Positions 48,528 to 58,868 of a stretch of 64,000 bases of DNA are shown here, piece by piece (position 1 is the stretch's first letter; each line of letters opens with the position of its first letter). The stretch is from Terriglobia bacterium. GTDB taxonomy: Bacteria; Acidobacteriota; Terriglobia; Versatilivoradales; Versatilivoraceae. The translations under genes and the position numbers were made by a program. The stretch is taken from positions 20,692 to 84,691 of the forward strand of contig JAXLQK010000019.1 of assembly GCA_046331665.1 (NCBI GenBank). Direction: 5' to 3'. The notes below the pieces were generated by a model. It did not search any database, was not told where the DNA came from, and saw nothing but the letters and a program-made list of their open reading frames with translations.

Positions 48528-49931
48528 TTACAAAAAGCCTTTGAAATCTCGGAGGATGGCAACGGAATCAGCTCGGGGAGAGAGCTGGCTTCCCAAAGCA
48601 TCTGCCACGTAGGAGGGTCGTCGCATCCCATTGAGCACAGAAGAAAGTCCTTCTAGATTCAAGAGGATAGATAGGGTCATCTGGCTAAGTGAATCAGACG
48701 TCTGTGGATAACCAGCCTCATACAGGCTGCTGCGGATTCTGTCGGATTGTGGTTGGTGTTGCAATTGGATAAAACGTTCGGCTGCGTCGGCCGTTGTCTG
48801 GATCAATTGCAGAAACTTTTCAAGCCAGGAATTCCACAAAATAGGATGCGATTGATGGTTGCTCGATTCATTGATCCAACGCTTGAGCGGAGGAACAACA
48901 TACCGATTCATCATCAGATTCCATTGGTCGAGTGATTTGGCCTGGCTCACCAATTGTTCGAGCATTTGAGCCAACCCGGCACTTCGTCCATCCAAAGCGG
49001 CTGCCTGAAGTTCGGCCCCAAGTAATTGCTCATGCTCCCGGAGCGGCCTCAATAATTCCTGAAGTTCTCTTTTTCCTGGAGGCCTCTCCCCTGGCTTCGC
49101 AAAATCAGCCAGGCGGATCACCTTCCCCTTACTGAACGCATTCAGCGGACGGTTAGCCAATACGCCGATGCCGTGTTGTTGACAGAAGCCCAGAACGGTG
49201 TTGCCTTCGTTATTTCGTTCCAGGGCGCCACCGCTTTCGACCAAGTTTAACGGAAGCTGTACTATGTGGAAATGATGCGTGGAACTAACCGTCTCCGCTT
49301 CCGCGAGACAGCGGCTGACGCTCGTCATCGTTGGGTCAGCAGCGGGTAAACCAAAATTGTTCGAGCTAACTCCGTAAAAGCGAATTGCTCCTTCCTGAAC
49401 CTTCTCCTCCAGGAATCGAAAAGCCTCACGGATTCTCCGGTAAAACTCATCGTAGTCTGAGGCGTCAAGTTCTTTGAGGTGGGCCTGATGATTCAGGAAA
49501 TACTCGGGATTATGCAACAGAAGAACATCGAGCTGTTCAAGCTGCAACCGCTTTTGAGACCCTTCGATCTGGGTTTGAAGATACTCCGGATGGATACAAT
49601 GCCAAATTCCTTCGGCATAGGGGACGATTTCCGGAAATCCGCGGGTGCGGGCTATCTCCATGTTCAACCCTTGGATGTATCCCGCCTTCGTAATGGCGAG
49701 GTATTCGTCCCGGGAAAAATCGGAGAGGACCCGCCCAATGAGCCGTTCCGATTCCCCGTTGCCGTAGTTGGCACTGGTATCAATCAGATTTCCGCCGCGC
49801 TCCAGGTACAAACGCAAGGCCGCTTCATGTTCCGGATTGCCTTCCACGACACGGTACCCCCCAAATCCCAATGGGTGGCAATACATGCCGGTGGCGCCCA
49901 GAGTCCGAAAATATTCAGGAATCGCGTTCAT
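48528..49931 (-). CDS. Aldo/keto reductase with a roughly 150-aa C-terminal extension
   Basis: AKR TIM-barrel motifs are present (GFGGYRV, IDTSANYGNGESE, VLLLHNPE). The C-terminal third is unassigned. Confidence 0.75.
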   Translation of the reverse strand: MNAIPEYFRTLGATGMYCHPLGFGGYRVVEGNPEHEAALRLYLERGGNLIDTSANYGNGESERLIGRVLSDFSRDEYLAITKAGYIQGLNMEIARTRGFPEIVPYAEGIWHCIHPEYLQTQIEGSQKRLQLEQLDVLLLHNPEYFLNHQAHLKELDASDYDEFYRRIREAFRFLEEKVQEGAIRFYGVSSNNFGLPAADPTMTSVSRCLAEAETVSSTHHFHIVQLPLNLVESGGALERNNEGNTVLGFCQQHGIGVLANRPLNAFSKGKVIRLADFAKPGERPPGKRELQELLRPLREHEQLLGAELQAAALDGRSAGLAQMLEQLVSQAKSLDQWNLMMNRYVVPPLKRWINESSNHQSHPILWNSWLEKFLQLIQTTADAAERFIQLQHQPQSDRIRSSLYEAGYPQTSDSLSQMTLSILLNLEGLSSVLNGMRRPSYVADALGSQLSPRADSVAILRDFKGFL

Positions 49932-50139
49932 CGTGAAAAGGGTGGTATCTCTTGACGATTGGCCGTCTTAAGTGGAGAGGAGCGCGGTTGCTGGCTTCAC
50001 CGTCGCGTACTCGAGTTCATTCCTGACAGAATTGGAATGGTCTTTTCCGCTATGCACTAAAGTCACGCAAGTTCCCAAGAAAGGAGCCAGACTCCTTTGG
50101 ATCCGGCCTGCGTGGGTCGAAGGAATTTGTATACTCCGA

Positions 50140-51552
50140 TCACTGATTGATCGATTCCCCGACCGCGTCGGCCGCGGCTTCCATGATCGCCTCTGAGAGC
50201 GTAGGGTGTGCGTGAACGGTTTTAAAGATCTCTTCGTAGGTGGCTTCAAGATTCTTGGCCAGTCCCAATTCTGCAATGAGCTCAGTCGCTTCGGATCCAA
50301 GGAGGTGGGCGCCGAGCAACTCTCCGTACCTGGCATCAAAGATCAGTTTCACCAGCCCTTCCGTCTCTCCGATGGCCTTAGCCTTTCCACTGGCCACAAA
50401 CGGGAATCGGCCAATCTTCAGTTCATACCCTTTTTCACGGGCCTTTTCTTCCGTGAGTCCAATACTGGCGACTTGAGGCTGACAATAGGTGCAACCCGGG
50501 ATGTTCTGGTAATTGACCACGAGCCGGTCTTTATGATTTGCCATCCCTTCAACCGCGGAAATGGCCTCGGCAGAAGCCACATGAGCCAGCCACGGAGGGC
50601 CAATGACATCCCCAATCGCATAAATGCCGGGGATATTCGTCTGAAAGTTCCCATTCACCGGAATCGAGCCTTTTTCGATCTTTACGCCCACTTTTTCGAG
50701 ACCGAGTCCCTCGGTATTCCCGGCGACGCCGACCGCCATTAATGCAATTTCTGCCTTGATCTCCGACTTCTCTCCCTTTGAGCTCTCCACAACCGCATTG
50801 ACGCCGTCTTCAGTGGCCTTCAAGGAGGCGACTTTCGTTCCGGTAAGCAATTGAATCCCGTTCTTCTTGAAACTTTTTGCCAGCAATTCTGAAATTTCCT
50901 TATCTTCGATGGGCAATATCGTCGGCAGCATTTCCACAATGGTGACCGAGGATCCGAAAGTATTATAGAAATAGGCAAACTCCACGCCAATTGCCCCGCC
51001 TCCAATCACCAGGAGACTTTTGGGGACCTGTTTCAACGTCATCGCTTCGGAACTTCCGATGATCCGTCTTCCATCGAATGCCACTCCCGGAAGGGCTCTC
51101 GGATGAGCTCCCGTTGCAATAAGGATGCGCGAAGCGGTGAGCGTATTCTTCAATTTTCCATCCACACTCGAGACCTCGACGGTGTCCCCAGCCGTTAACT
51201 TCCCTGTCCCTTCAAAAACACTCACCTTGTTTTTTTTCATGAGGAAGCCGACGCCCCTGCTTATTTTGTCGGAGACATCCCGGCTTCTCTGGATAATTTT
51301 CGTAAAATCGACGCGCAGGTTGTCATACTGAATCCCAAATTCTTCGCTCTTCTGAAACATCCTGTACAACTCGGCGTTTTTGAGCAGGGCCTTGGTCGGA
51401 ATGCATCCCCAATTGAGGCAGATGCCGCCCAACTTATCCTTCTCGACGATGGCAGTTTTCATCCCCAATTGGGAAGCCCGGATCGCTCCTACGTATCCCC
51501 CCGGGCCTGATCCCACAATCACTAGGTCGAAATGATTTTGATTGCTGCTCAC
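50140..51552 (-). CDS. lpdA: Dihydrolipoamide dehydrogenase (E3)
   Basis: FDLVIVGSGPGGYVGA and the redox disulfide GGICLNWGCIPTK. I prefer GTG 51552 as the start. It has GGAGG 7 nt upstream and gives MSSNQNHFDLVIVG. The ORF-track start at 51663 is a long extension with no RBS. Confidence 0.9.
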   Translation of the reverse strand: MSSNQNHFDLVIVGSGPGGYVGAIRASQLGMKTAIVEKDKLGGICLNWGCIPTKALLKNAELYRMFQKSEEFGIQYDNLRVDFTKIIQRSRDVSDKISRGVGFLMKKNKVSVFEGTGKLTAGDTVEVSSVDGKLKNTLTASRILIATGAHPRALPGVAFDGRRIIGSSEAMTLKQVPKSLLVIGGGAIGVEFAYFYNTFGSSVTIVEMLPTILPIEDKEISELLAKSFKKNGIQLLTGTKVASLKATEDGVNAVVESSKGEKSEIKAEIALMAVGVAGNTEGLGLEKVGVKIEKGSIPVNGNFQTNIPGIYAIGDVIGPPWLAHVASAEAISAVEGMANHKDRLVVNYQNIPGCTYCQPQVASIGLTEEKAREKGYELKIGRFPFVASGKAKAIGETEGLVKLIFDARYGELLGAHLLGSEATELIAELGLAKNLEATYEEIFKTVHAHPTLSEAIMEAAADAVGESINQ

Positions 51553-51667
51553 GCTGACGCCTCCAAATTGACGTTCTCCTGTCCCTCGAGGAAAGTGTAA
51601 AGCCCCCGGGCGTTGCTTGTCTAGGGGGGGCACCTTTTCCACGGAAGGAGTTCCCTCGCCCACTATT

Positions 51668-52906
51668 TTAGATCTGAATAAGCATTAAGGCCGGATTCTC
51701 GATGAGTTTGCGGAATTCCTGAAGAAAGATGGCCCCTACCGCCCCATCCACCACTCGATGGTCGCAGCAGAGCGCTACTGTGAGTCGATGCCCAACGACG
51801 ATCTGGTCTTGTGCATTGACAACCGGCTTCTTGACAATACTCCCTACCGCAAGAATCGCCGCTTGGGGAGGATTAATGATGGCGTGAAAACTTTCAATCC
51901 CGGAAGCGCCCAGGTTTGAAATGGTGAAGGTCCCTCCCTGGTATTCGGCAGGTTTGAGCTTTTTGGTACGCGCTTTTTCGATGAGTTCTCTAGCCTCCAG
52001 TGAAAGCTGCCGAAGCTGTTTGGTTTCGGCATTTCGTATGACTGGAGTGATGAGTCCATCCTCGAGGCTCACCGCAAATCCCAAGTGCACCTGAGCATAC
52101 TGCAGGATTCCATTGTCGGTAAAAGAAGCGTTGACCTGGGGCACACGTTTTAGACATTCAACGGTCGCTTTCAGCACAAAATCATTCACACTTAACTTGG
52201 GAGCCCCTTCTGCAGCCAAGGCTTCGTTGGTTAAACCGCGCAACTGAAGCAAGGGGCCGGCATCAAGTTCTGCATCGAGATAAAAATGGGGAATGCGGGT
52301 TTTGCTCTCCACCATCCTTTGCGCAATGACACGACGCATCGCCGTTAAAGGAATCAATCCGCCTGTGGCCGGTTGTCCTTCACCGGCAGAATCTTCCTTT
52401 CGTTTGGCTGCTTGAAACACATCTTCCTGGATGATCCGGCCTCCGGGACCTGACCCCTGCAATTGTTCGACGGGGACATTCATTTGAGAGGCGGTCTTGC
52501 GCGCTAACGGGGATATTTTGATTCGGCCCATTTCAACGGGCTTTTCGGAGACTGCCGGTGCTTTGGCAAGACTTGGGGGAGCCGGCGAAGGAACTGCCGT
52601 CGCAACCTTCTTCGGCGGAGGGGAGGAAACAGGCTGGTCCGCCGGCTTTGGTGGTTGGCCTGCATTTTCGGCTTCGATTAGCGCAATGCGCTCACCGACC
52701 GCCACCTTTTGTCCTTCTTCGGCGAAGATCGCTTTCAGCACGCCGTCGTCGAAAGCCTCCATTTCCATAGTCGCTTTGTCGGTCTCGATTTCCGCCAGGA
52801 CGTCCCCAACCACTACGGCTTCCCCTGGTTTTTTATGCCAACGGACTACCACCCCTTCCGTCATGGTGTCGCTCAGTTTGGGCATGGTAATTTCGGCCAT
52901 GGGCAT
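51668..52906 (-). CDS. pdhC: Dihydrolipoamide acyltransferase E2 (lipoyl, E3-binding and catalytic domains)
   Basis: Lipoyl-lysine motif ETDKATMEME. A Pro/Ala linker. Catalytic DHRVVDGA. Its position after the E1 alpha/beta genes suggests pyruvate dehydrogenase, though branched-chain specificity is not excluded. Confidence 0.85.
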   Translation of the reverse strand: MPMAEITMPKLSDTMTEGVVVRWHKKPGEAVVVGDVLAEIETDKATMEMEAFDDGVLKAIFAEEGQKVAVGERIALIEAENAGQPPKPADQPVSSPPPKKVATAVPSPAPPSLAKAPAVSEKPVEMGRIKISPLARKTASQMNVPVEQLQGSGPGGRIIQEDVFQAAKRKEDSAGEGQPATGGLIPLTAMRRVIAQRMVESKTRIPHFYLDAELDAGPLLQLRGLTNEALAAEGAPKLSVNDFVLKATVECLKRVPQVNASFTDNGILQYAQVHLGFAVSLEDGLITPVIRNAETKQLRQLSLEARELIEKARTKKLKPAEYQGGTFTISNLGASGIESFHAIINPPQAAILAVGSIVKKPVVNAQDQIVVGHRLTVALCCDHRVVDGAVGAIFLQEFRKLIENPALMLIQI

Positions 52907-52946
52907 TATCCTTTTTCGCTGGGATTTTTTGTGATTGAAACCGGCG

Positions 52947-53933
52947 CTATGGCTTGTAGCACACTTGAAGTACTGCCTGGAGGATTTTTTCTTCGCTGGG
53001 TAAGACGGCCGCCTCCAACTTTTCGCTGTAAGGCATGGGGACTTCCTCCTGAGCCACTCGGGTCACCGGGCTATCCAATTCATCAAAAATATCCCGCTGG
53101 ATCTGGTAAGTCAGTTCCGACCCGATGCCGCAGAACGGCTTATCTTGTTCGACGATGACGCAGCGATGCGTCTTCGACACGGAGCCGAGAATCAGATCCA
53201 GATCAAGAGGCTTGATCGACCGCAGATCGAGCACTTCCGCATTGATCCCCTGGGCGGCGAGCGTTTCCGCCGCTGTCAACGCGATTCGCACCGTTTGAGC
53301 ATAACAGATAATGGTCACATCCGTCCCTTCCCGCTTGATTTCCCCTTTTCCCAGTGGAATGAGGAGCTCTTCGCCCTTGTCTTCGATTTGGCCTGTGGTG
53401 TTATAAAGCAGCTCGGATTCCAAGACCAGGACGGGATTATTATCGCGGATCGCCGTTTTCAGTAATCCCTTTGCATCACGTGGGGTGGCAGGAACAGCAA
53501 TTTTGAGCCCCGGAAAGTTGGCATACAAGGGCTCCGTTGCATGGGAGTGGGTAGCTCCCAGCTGGTGGGCGGGACCATTCGGGCCCCTAAAGACAATGGG
53601 GATGTTAAATTGGCCTCCCGACATGGTCAGCATGTTTGGCGCGTTGTTAACCACCTGGTCAAAGGCCACCAGGGAAAAGCTGAACGTCATGAACTCCACA
53701 ACGGGGCGCAACCCAACCATGGCAGCACCCACCCCCAAGCCGGCAAACCCCGTCTCGCTGATGGGGGTGTCGATTACACGTTTGGGCCCAAATTTATCCA
53801 GCAACCCCTGACTGACTTTGTAAGCTCCGTTGTATTCAGCCACTTCCTCGCCGATGAGGAATACATTGGGATCTCGTTGCATTTCCTCTTCAAGTGCTTC
53901 ATTGACTGCCTGACGGTAGGTAATCTCTCTCAC
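52947..53933 (-). CDS. pdhB: Pyruvate/2-oxoacid dehydrogenase E1 component, beta subunit
   Basis: Transketolase-like pyrimidine-binding and C-terminal domains. Confidence 0.85.
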   Translation of the reverse strand: MREITYRQAVNEALEEEMQRDPNVFLIGEEVAEYNGAYKVSQGLLDKFGPKRVIDTPISETGFAGLGVGAAMVGLRPVVEFMTFSFSLVAFDQVVNNAPNMLTMSGGQFNIPIVFRGPNGPAHQLGATHSHATEPLYANFPGLKIAVPATPRDAKGLLKTAIRDNNPVLVLESELLYNTTGQIEDKGEELLIPLGKGEIKREGTDVTIICYAQTVRIALTAAETLAAQGINAEVLDLRSIKPLDLDLILGSVSKTHRCVIVEQDKPFCGIGSELTYQIQRDIFDELDSPVTRVAQEEVPMPYSEKLEAAVLPSEEKILQAVLQVCYKP

Positions 53934-55021
53934 TGGTCATCCCCTTCCACCAAGGTATACTTGTGAAGGTCCTCGATCGGAGGGTCCTCACTTTCCTCAG
54001 CGAATTTGATGGAATCGGCTGCCAGTCTTCTCGCCTCGCGATCCAGCTCTTGAAAACGAGATTCTTCAAGTTTCCCTTCGTGAATCAAGGTTGCCTTGAA
54101 TGCCAAAATGGGATCCTCACTCTTATATTTGTCTACTTCTTCTTTACTCCGGTAGGTCGCAGGGTCCGACATGGAATGCCCTCGATACCGATACGTTCGG
54201 GCTTCCACGAAAAAGGGATAAGGCTTTCTCCTCATCTCCTCGAGAATCCCTTGCATGGTGTCTCGCACATGTCGGACGTCCATTCCATTCACGACCGCCG
54301 AGGGCATATCATACCCTTTGGCTCGATCCGTGAGCTCTTTAACGGCTGTCGATCGCATGACATGGGTTCCCATTCCGAAGAGGTTGTTTTCACAAATAAA
54401 TACGACCGGGAGTTTCCAAAGTGCCGCCAGGTTGACCGCTTCATGGAACGCTCCTTGGTTGATGGCGCCAGCACCGAAGAAACAAAGGGTGCAGCGATCC
54501 TCCCCACGATAGACACTGCCAAACGCTAATCCAGTGGCTAAAGGCAAGTGGCCACCAACAATGGCATGTCCTCCATACATGTGGTTCTTCTTGTCGAAAT
54601 AGTGCATGGAACCGCCCAATCCCCGGGAAATTCCCGTAGCCTTGCCAAAGAGCTCCGCCATGCATTCATTCAGAGTTGCCCCCCGGGCAATGGCATGTCC
54701 GTGGTCACGGTAAGCTGTGATAATAAAATCATCGTTCCTTGCCGCGGCTACAGTCCCAACCGCAACAGCCTCCTGGCCAATGTAGAGATGGCAAAACCCT
54801 CCAATTTTCTGTTGTTGGTAAGCTTGAGAAGCCCGCTCTTCGAAGCGTCGGATAAGCAGCATTAAATAGAGAAGATGCACTTCTGCATCGTCGGCAGTGC
54901 TTAATCCATTCTTATCAGCTAAATCTAAGGGAACGGTTGCTGGCATATGATTTGTGCATTCTCCAAACGGGTGACTAGTCTCTCCCCGTTCTAACGTCCA
55001 AAACTCACTCCCCAGACACAT
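53930..55021 (-). CDS. pdhA: Pyruvate/2-oxoacid dehydrogenase E1 component, alpha subunit (TPP-binding)
   Basis: TPP motif region (GGSMHYF...GGHAIVGGHLP...). Its stop overlaps the pdhB start. The real start may be ATG 54946 (MPATVPL...). Confidence 0.85.
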   Translation of the reverse strand: MCLGSEFWTLERGETSHPFGECTNHMPATVPLDLADKNGLSTADDAEVHLLYLMLLIRRFEERASQAYQQQKIGGFCHLYIGQEAVAVGTVAAARNDDFIITAYRDHGHAIARGATLNECMAELFGKATGISRGLGGSMHYFDKKNHMYGGHAIVGGHLPLATGLAFGSVYRGEDRCTLCFFGAGAINQGAFHEAVNLAALWKLPVVFICENNLFGMGTHVMRSTAVKELTDRAKGYDMPSAVVNGMDVRHVRDTMQGILEEMRRKPYPFFVEARTYRYRGHSMSDPATYRSKEEVDKYKSEDPILAFKATLIHEGKLEESRFQELDREARRLAADSIKFAEESEDPPIEDLHKYTLVEGDDQ

Positions 55022-55370
55022 GCGGAAACATCAATTCTTGGGGAACAAGTTCGTCACGCTCACCATTCGTGAGGTGGCATTAAGTCTTTATACTTCAATA
55101 AATCCGTCTGATCTGTCTCGGTTCCTCGCCTCGTTCTACAAATTCGGAATTCCATTACCTTTTCATTAGGAGCGATTCCGAAATAAGAATCCGCGCTGGG
55201 GGGCCAAGGGTCCAATCTTCGACGACCACGCCCCAATACCCATTGGAAAAATACAATGTGAGCGACGTTTTTTCAACCCAAATCGAATTGCTCGTTCATT
55301 TATGGATAAAGAGATGAGGCAAATGTGCACAACGGCGGGAAGCGCTCAAATCACCCCGAATGGAGCCAGC

Positions 55371-56468
55371 CTACTGCAATGACGTTTTTGACTGGAGGGT
55401 CTTGGGTTCTTTGAAGAATGCGCTGATCACTTGCCGGGCCGAAGAAAGATCTGAACAGCGGTTGACTTGAGTAGAAAGGAAGTGCCCAAAGAAAAGCCAC
55501 TTATGACCCCAGGCCAGGAAAAGCCTCAATCTGGGTAATTGTTCAACAGGACTAAAATGAGCTTCGAGGTAGTCACAAAACCGGGTTAAGGCTCGAAAAT
55601 ACTCAAACCCTTCTTCCTCAGGGGTTCGCGGTGCTTTTTCCCCCTCCCGTCCGGGGGGTGGAGGCAGCCCCAGTGACTCACCTAGTTGCCAGAAGATCCA
55701 TGGGCGGGCCGTTGCGGCACGCGCAACCATAACCCCATCACAGTGGGTCTCCCGATACATTCGCATGGCGTCCTCAGCTACCTGGACATCCCCGTTCCCT
55801 ACGACCGGAATCTTGACAGCCTCCCGAACCCGCCCGATGTACTCCCAATTAGCCACCCCTTTCCGGTGCTGGCTCTGAATCCGGGGATGAAGAGTAATCC
55901 AGTCAGCGCCCGCTTCCTCCAACATTTTGGAGAACTCGACGAGGTATCCTGGATCATCCTTTAGCCCGGTCCGTATTTTTACCGACAGAGGGAGCAGGGA
56001 AAGTCGCCTTGTCTGACGGACTACTGTCTCCGCATACCGGATGTCACCCATCAGACCCACCCCCCAATTATGCTTAAGGACTTTGCTCACGGGGCAGCCC
56101 ATATTGATATCGATTCCAGTGGGACGGATTGCCTGGAGTCTCTCCAGGGATCTCCCGATGAGTTCGGCATCATTTCCAATGATCTGCGGAACCAGATTTC
56201 TCTCTCCATCAACGACCCGGGTCTGTGGCGTTTTACCAACCTCCTCGTGAGGAAGAAGCCGAGTTGAGAGCATCTCCGTAAACAAGAGAGAATTCACATT
56301 CTGAGGGAGATAGGATCGAATTAATTGACGAAAGGCAACATGGGACAGGCCGGCCATGGGAGCGAAGATGATAGGAAAATCGATTGCGTTGCCGCTGCCA
56401 AAGGGGATTCCCGGCAGGCGGCTTTCGCGAAATGCGGTAGATGCGGAAGGTGGATGGGTTTCGATCAT
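55371..56468 (-). CDS. tRNA-dihydrouridine synthase
   Basis: Dus TIM-barrel motifs (FAPMAGLSHVAFR, INMGCPV, the catalytic Cys region, VGNGDV). Confidence 0.8.
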   Translation of the reverse strand: MIETHPPSASTAFRESRLPGIPFGSGNAIDFPIIFAPMAGLSHVAFRQLIRSYLPQNVNSLLFTEMLSTRLLPHEEVGKTPQTRVVDGERNLVPQIIGNDAELIGRSLERLQAIRPTGIDINMGCPVSKVLKHNWGVGLMGDIRYAETVVRQTRRLSLLPLSVKIRTGLKDDPGYLVEFSKMLEEAGADWITLHPRIQSQHRKGVANWEYIGRVREAVKIPVVGNGDVQVAEDAMRMYRETHCDGVMVARAATARPWIFWQLGESLGLPPPPGREGEKAPRTPEEEGFEYFRALTRFCDYLEAHFSPVEQLPRLRLFLAWGHKWLFFGHFLSTQVNRCSDLSSARQVISAFFKEPKTLQSKTSLQ

Positions 56469-56575
56469 GGAGAGTGCGTTACCGGTGGCAAGCGACGATC
56501 AGAAATCTCGCGCGTTACTTCCAGGCCCCCTTCCCGGGCAGGAGGTTTTCGGAGGATCGACTCTTCAATTCGAGG

Positions 56576-57070
56576 TTAATCAAATTTCAAATCAAGACTG
56601 TCAATGGCCTTAAGTGCCACCGGATTCTCTGGATCCAAATCCAACGCCTGAACATATTCTGCCAAGGCCTTGTTGGTTTCGCCTTGAGCCACATAAATAT
56701 GTCCAAGGTTGAGAAATGGAAAGTGTCTTGAGGCGTAGCGCGGCGCTTTCTTGGCCTTTTCTAACCACGGGATGGCATCGTCGAGCAGTCTCAATTGCAT
56801 CAAATAAACTCCGATATCGTTATAGGGATTCCCAAAATCCGGATCAATCAAAATGGCTTTTTGGCACTCCTCCACGGCTTGTTCGAACATGCCAAGAAAC
56901 GAGAGCGCCCATCCCCGATAGGTATGGCCTTCCGCTGTAGGGTAACACTCAAGACTCCGGTTAAAGCAGTCAATCGATGATTGAATACGGCCGCTCATGA
57001 GCTCCTGGACGCCCTCTGCCCACAATTCGTCGGCATGTTCCTTATCTTCAGCAGTCCTTTCAGAATTCAT
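56576..57070 (-). CDS. TPR-repeat protein
   Basis: Three or four TPR repeats. Confidence 0.7.
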   Translation of the reverse strand: MNSERTAEDKEHADELWAEGVQELMSGRIQSSIDCFNRSLECYPTAEGHTYRGWALSFLGMFEQAVEECQKAILIDPDFGNPYNDIGVYLMQLRLLDDAIPWLEKAKKAPRYASRHFPFLNLGHIYVAQGETNKALAEYVQALDLDPENPVALKAIDSLDLKFD

Positions 57071-57140
57071 TCCATGTCACTCCTGTTCTCACTTCAAGAT
57101 TCAGAAATAAACCTTTGGGCAGTCGTGGGATTGGCCCCGG

Positions 57141-58865
57141 TTATGGTTGATTCCAGGAAGGGTTTTGGGGAATGGCTTCTCCATCTTTGCGAGGATCGGA
57201 CCCTCCATAATTCCTTCCTTGATGATCCCGCATCACCGCCTGGCCTCCTCCAACGCCCTCGGAAAACGGACCGAGTAATCGAATGTCGTGCCCCCACTGA
57301 ATCAGGGTCGCTCTTACCTTTTCCGGAACACGACTCTCCATAAGAACATCACACCCTCCAAAGGTTGGTTTCGAGAAACGCGCCGTCTCAAGTGCCTCCT
57401 GGACGTTCATCCCGAAGTCAGCCACATTGGAAACAAACTGAGCGTGAGCTTGTGCCTGGTTCCATCCGCCCATAATCCCAAATCCAATCCGTATTCCGTC
57501 TTTTTCCATGAGAGCTGGAATGATCGTATGCAACGGGCGTTTCCGCGGTTCAAGAGAATTTGGTCGGCCACGGTCCAGGGTAAACAGTGCGCCGCGATTC
57601 TGTAGAGCAAACCCGGTATGTCTCGCCACCAAGCCTGACCCGAATCCGTTATAGTTGCTCTGGATCAAAGAGACGATATTCCCTTCCTGATCAATGGTTG
57701 ACAGGTAAACCGTGTCTCCGCCATAGGCATGGGTGATACTGCTCAAATCGGAAGGCGGGACTTGGCAATTGGCTCTTTCGGGCTGGATTTGATGAGCCCG
57801 TTTTTCTGCAAGGTCCTTGGAAATCATCGCTGCCACCGGCACTTTTGAGAATCGGGGATCCCCGACGTAATTCAGCATATCAGCATAGGCCAACTTTTTG
57901 GCTTCAATCATGATGTGCAAGGCTTGAGCGCTGTGGGATCCGTAATCCTTCAGAGGAAACTGTTCCATCAGGTTTAGCATGATCAGGACTGCAACTCCCT
58001 GGCCGTTCGGGGGAAGCTCATATACCTTCCAGCCCCGGTAGGTCGTCGAAATGGGGTCGACCCATTCAGGCTCGAAATCTGTCAGATCGGAAAGGGCCAG
58101 GGTTCCGTCATTTTCATGGGACACGTCGAGAATGGCTTCAGCCGTGGGCCCGCGATAAAAGCCATCGCGCCCCTTCTCGGCAATCCGCTGCAGCGACGAC
58201 GCCAGATCTGGATTTCTAAACAACTCTCCGACTGCAGGCGAGCGGCCGTTGGGCAAGTAGGTCTCCTTGGTATTGGGCTGTCCTGCGAGAAAGCCGGCGG
58301 CTTGCTCCCAATCCCGTGAGATAAATTCGGTGATGGGAATGCCGTTCTTCGCATAGTAAATGGCTGGCGCTAGAATTTTCGGGAGGTCAAGCCTTCCCAA
58401 TTTGCGTCGCAGCGCCTCCCACCCTGCCACACAGCCGGGGACGGTCACGGAATGGATCCCTGTTTGCGGCATACTGTGAATTCCGCGATTTTCCAACCAA
58501 TTAATCGATAGATTCCGGGGAGCCCAACCGCTCGCATTGAGTCCATAAAGTTTGCCGGATTGCGATTCATAAACCATGGCGAATAGATCGCCTCCAATGC
58601 CGTTACTGCCGGGGTCGACAACCCCCAGGACGGCATTGGCCGCAATCGCGGCGTCAACCGCATTTCCCCCTTGTTCCAGAATGCTGGCTCCTGCGGCAGA
58701 GGCCAGCGATTGACTGGTTGCAACAATGCCAAACCGGGTGATGACCATCGACCTGGCATGGGATCTTGAGTTATCGGATGGAGAGTGGATCACGGCAACC
58801 AATAGGAAGAGTAAGATGGCAAGAACCAGTTTCATGGGGAAGTGGAAATTGAATCTTACCATCAA
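57141..58865 (-). CDS. ggt: Gamma-glutamyltransferase (signal peptide; Ntn-hydrolase)
   Basis: A signal peptide. GGT blocks (SILEQGGNAVDAAIA, the autoproteolytic T-T region TVYLSTID, the GGWNQ region). Confidence 0.85.
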   Translation of the reverse strand: MMVRFNFHFPMKLVLAILLFLLVAVIHSPSDNSRSHARSMVITRFGIVATSQSLASAAGASILEQGGNAVDAAIAANAVLGVVDPGSNGIGGDLFAMVYESQSGKLYGLNASGWAPRNLSINWLENRGIHSMPQTGIHSVTVPGCVAGWEALRRKLGRLDLPKILAPAIYYAKNGIPITEFISRDWEQAAGFLAGQPNTKETYLPNGRSPAVGELFRNPDLASSLQRIAEKGRDGFYRGPTAEAILDVSHENDGTLALSDLTDFEPEWVDPISTTYRGWKVYELPPNGQGVAVLIMLNLMEQFPLKDYGSHSAQALHIMIEAKKLAYADMLNYVGDPRFSKVPVAAMISKDLAEKRAHQIQPERANCQVPPSDLSSITHAYGGDTVYLSTIDQEGNIVSLIQSNYNGFGSGLVARHTGFALQNRGALFTLDRGRPNSLEPRKRPLHTIIPALMEKDGIRIGFGIMGGWNQAQAHAQFVSNVADFGMNVQEALETARFSKPTFGGCDVLMESRVPEKVRATLIQWGHDIRLLGPFSEGVGGGQAVMRDHQGRNYGGSDPRKDGEAIPQNPSWNQP

Positions 58866-58868
58866 TGT

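Noticed and set aside
51553-51663. 37-aa N-terminal extension of lpdA (MGEGTPSVEK...)
   Set aside because: The internal GTG at 51552 with a GGAGG SD gives the canonical LpdA N-terminus, and the extension has no RBS.
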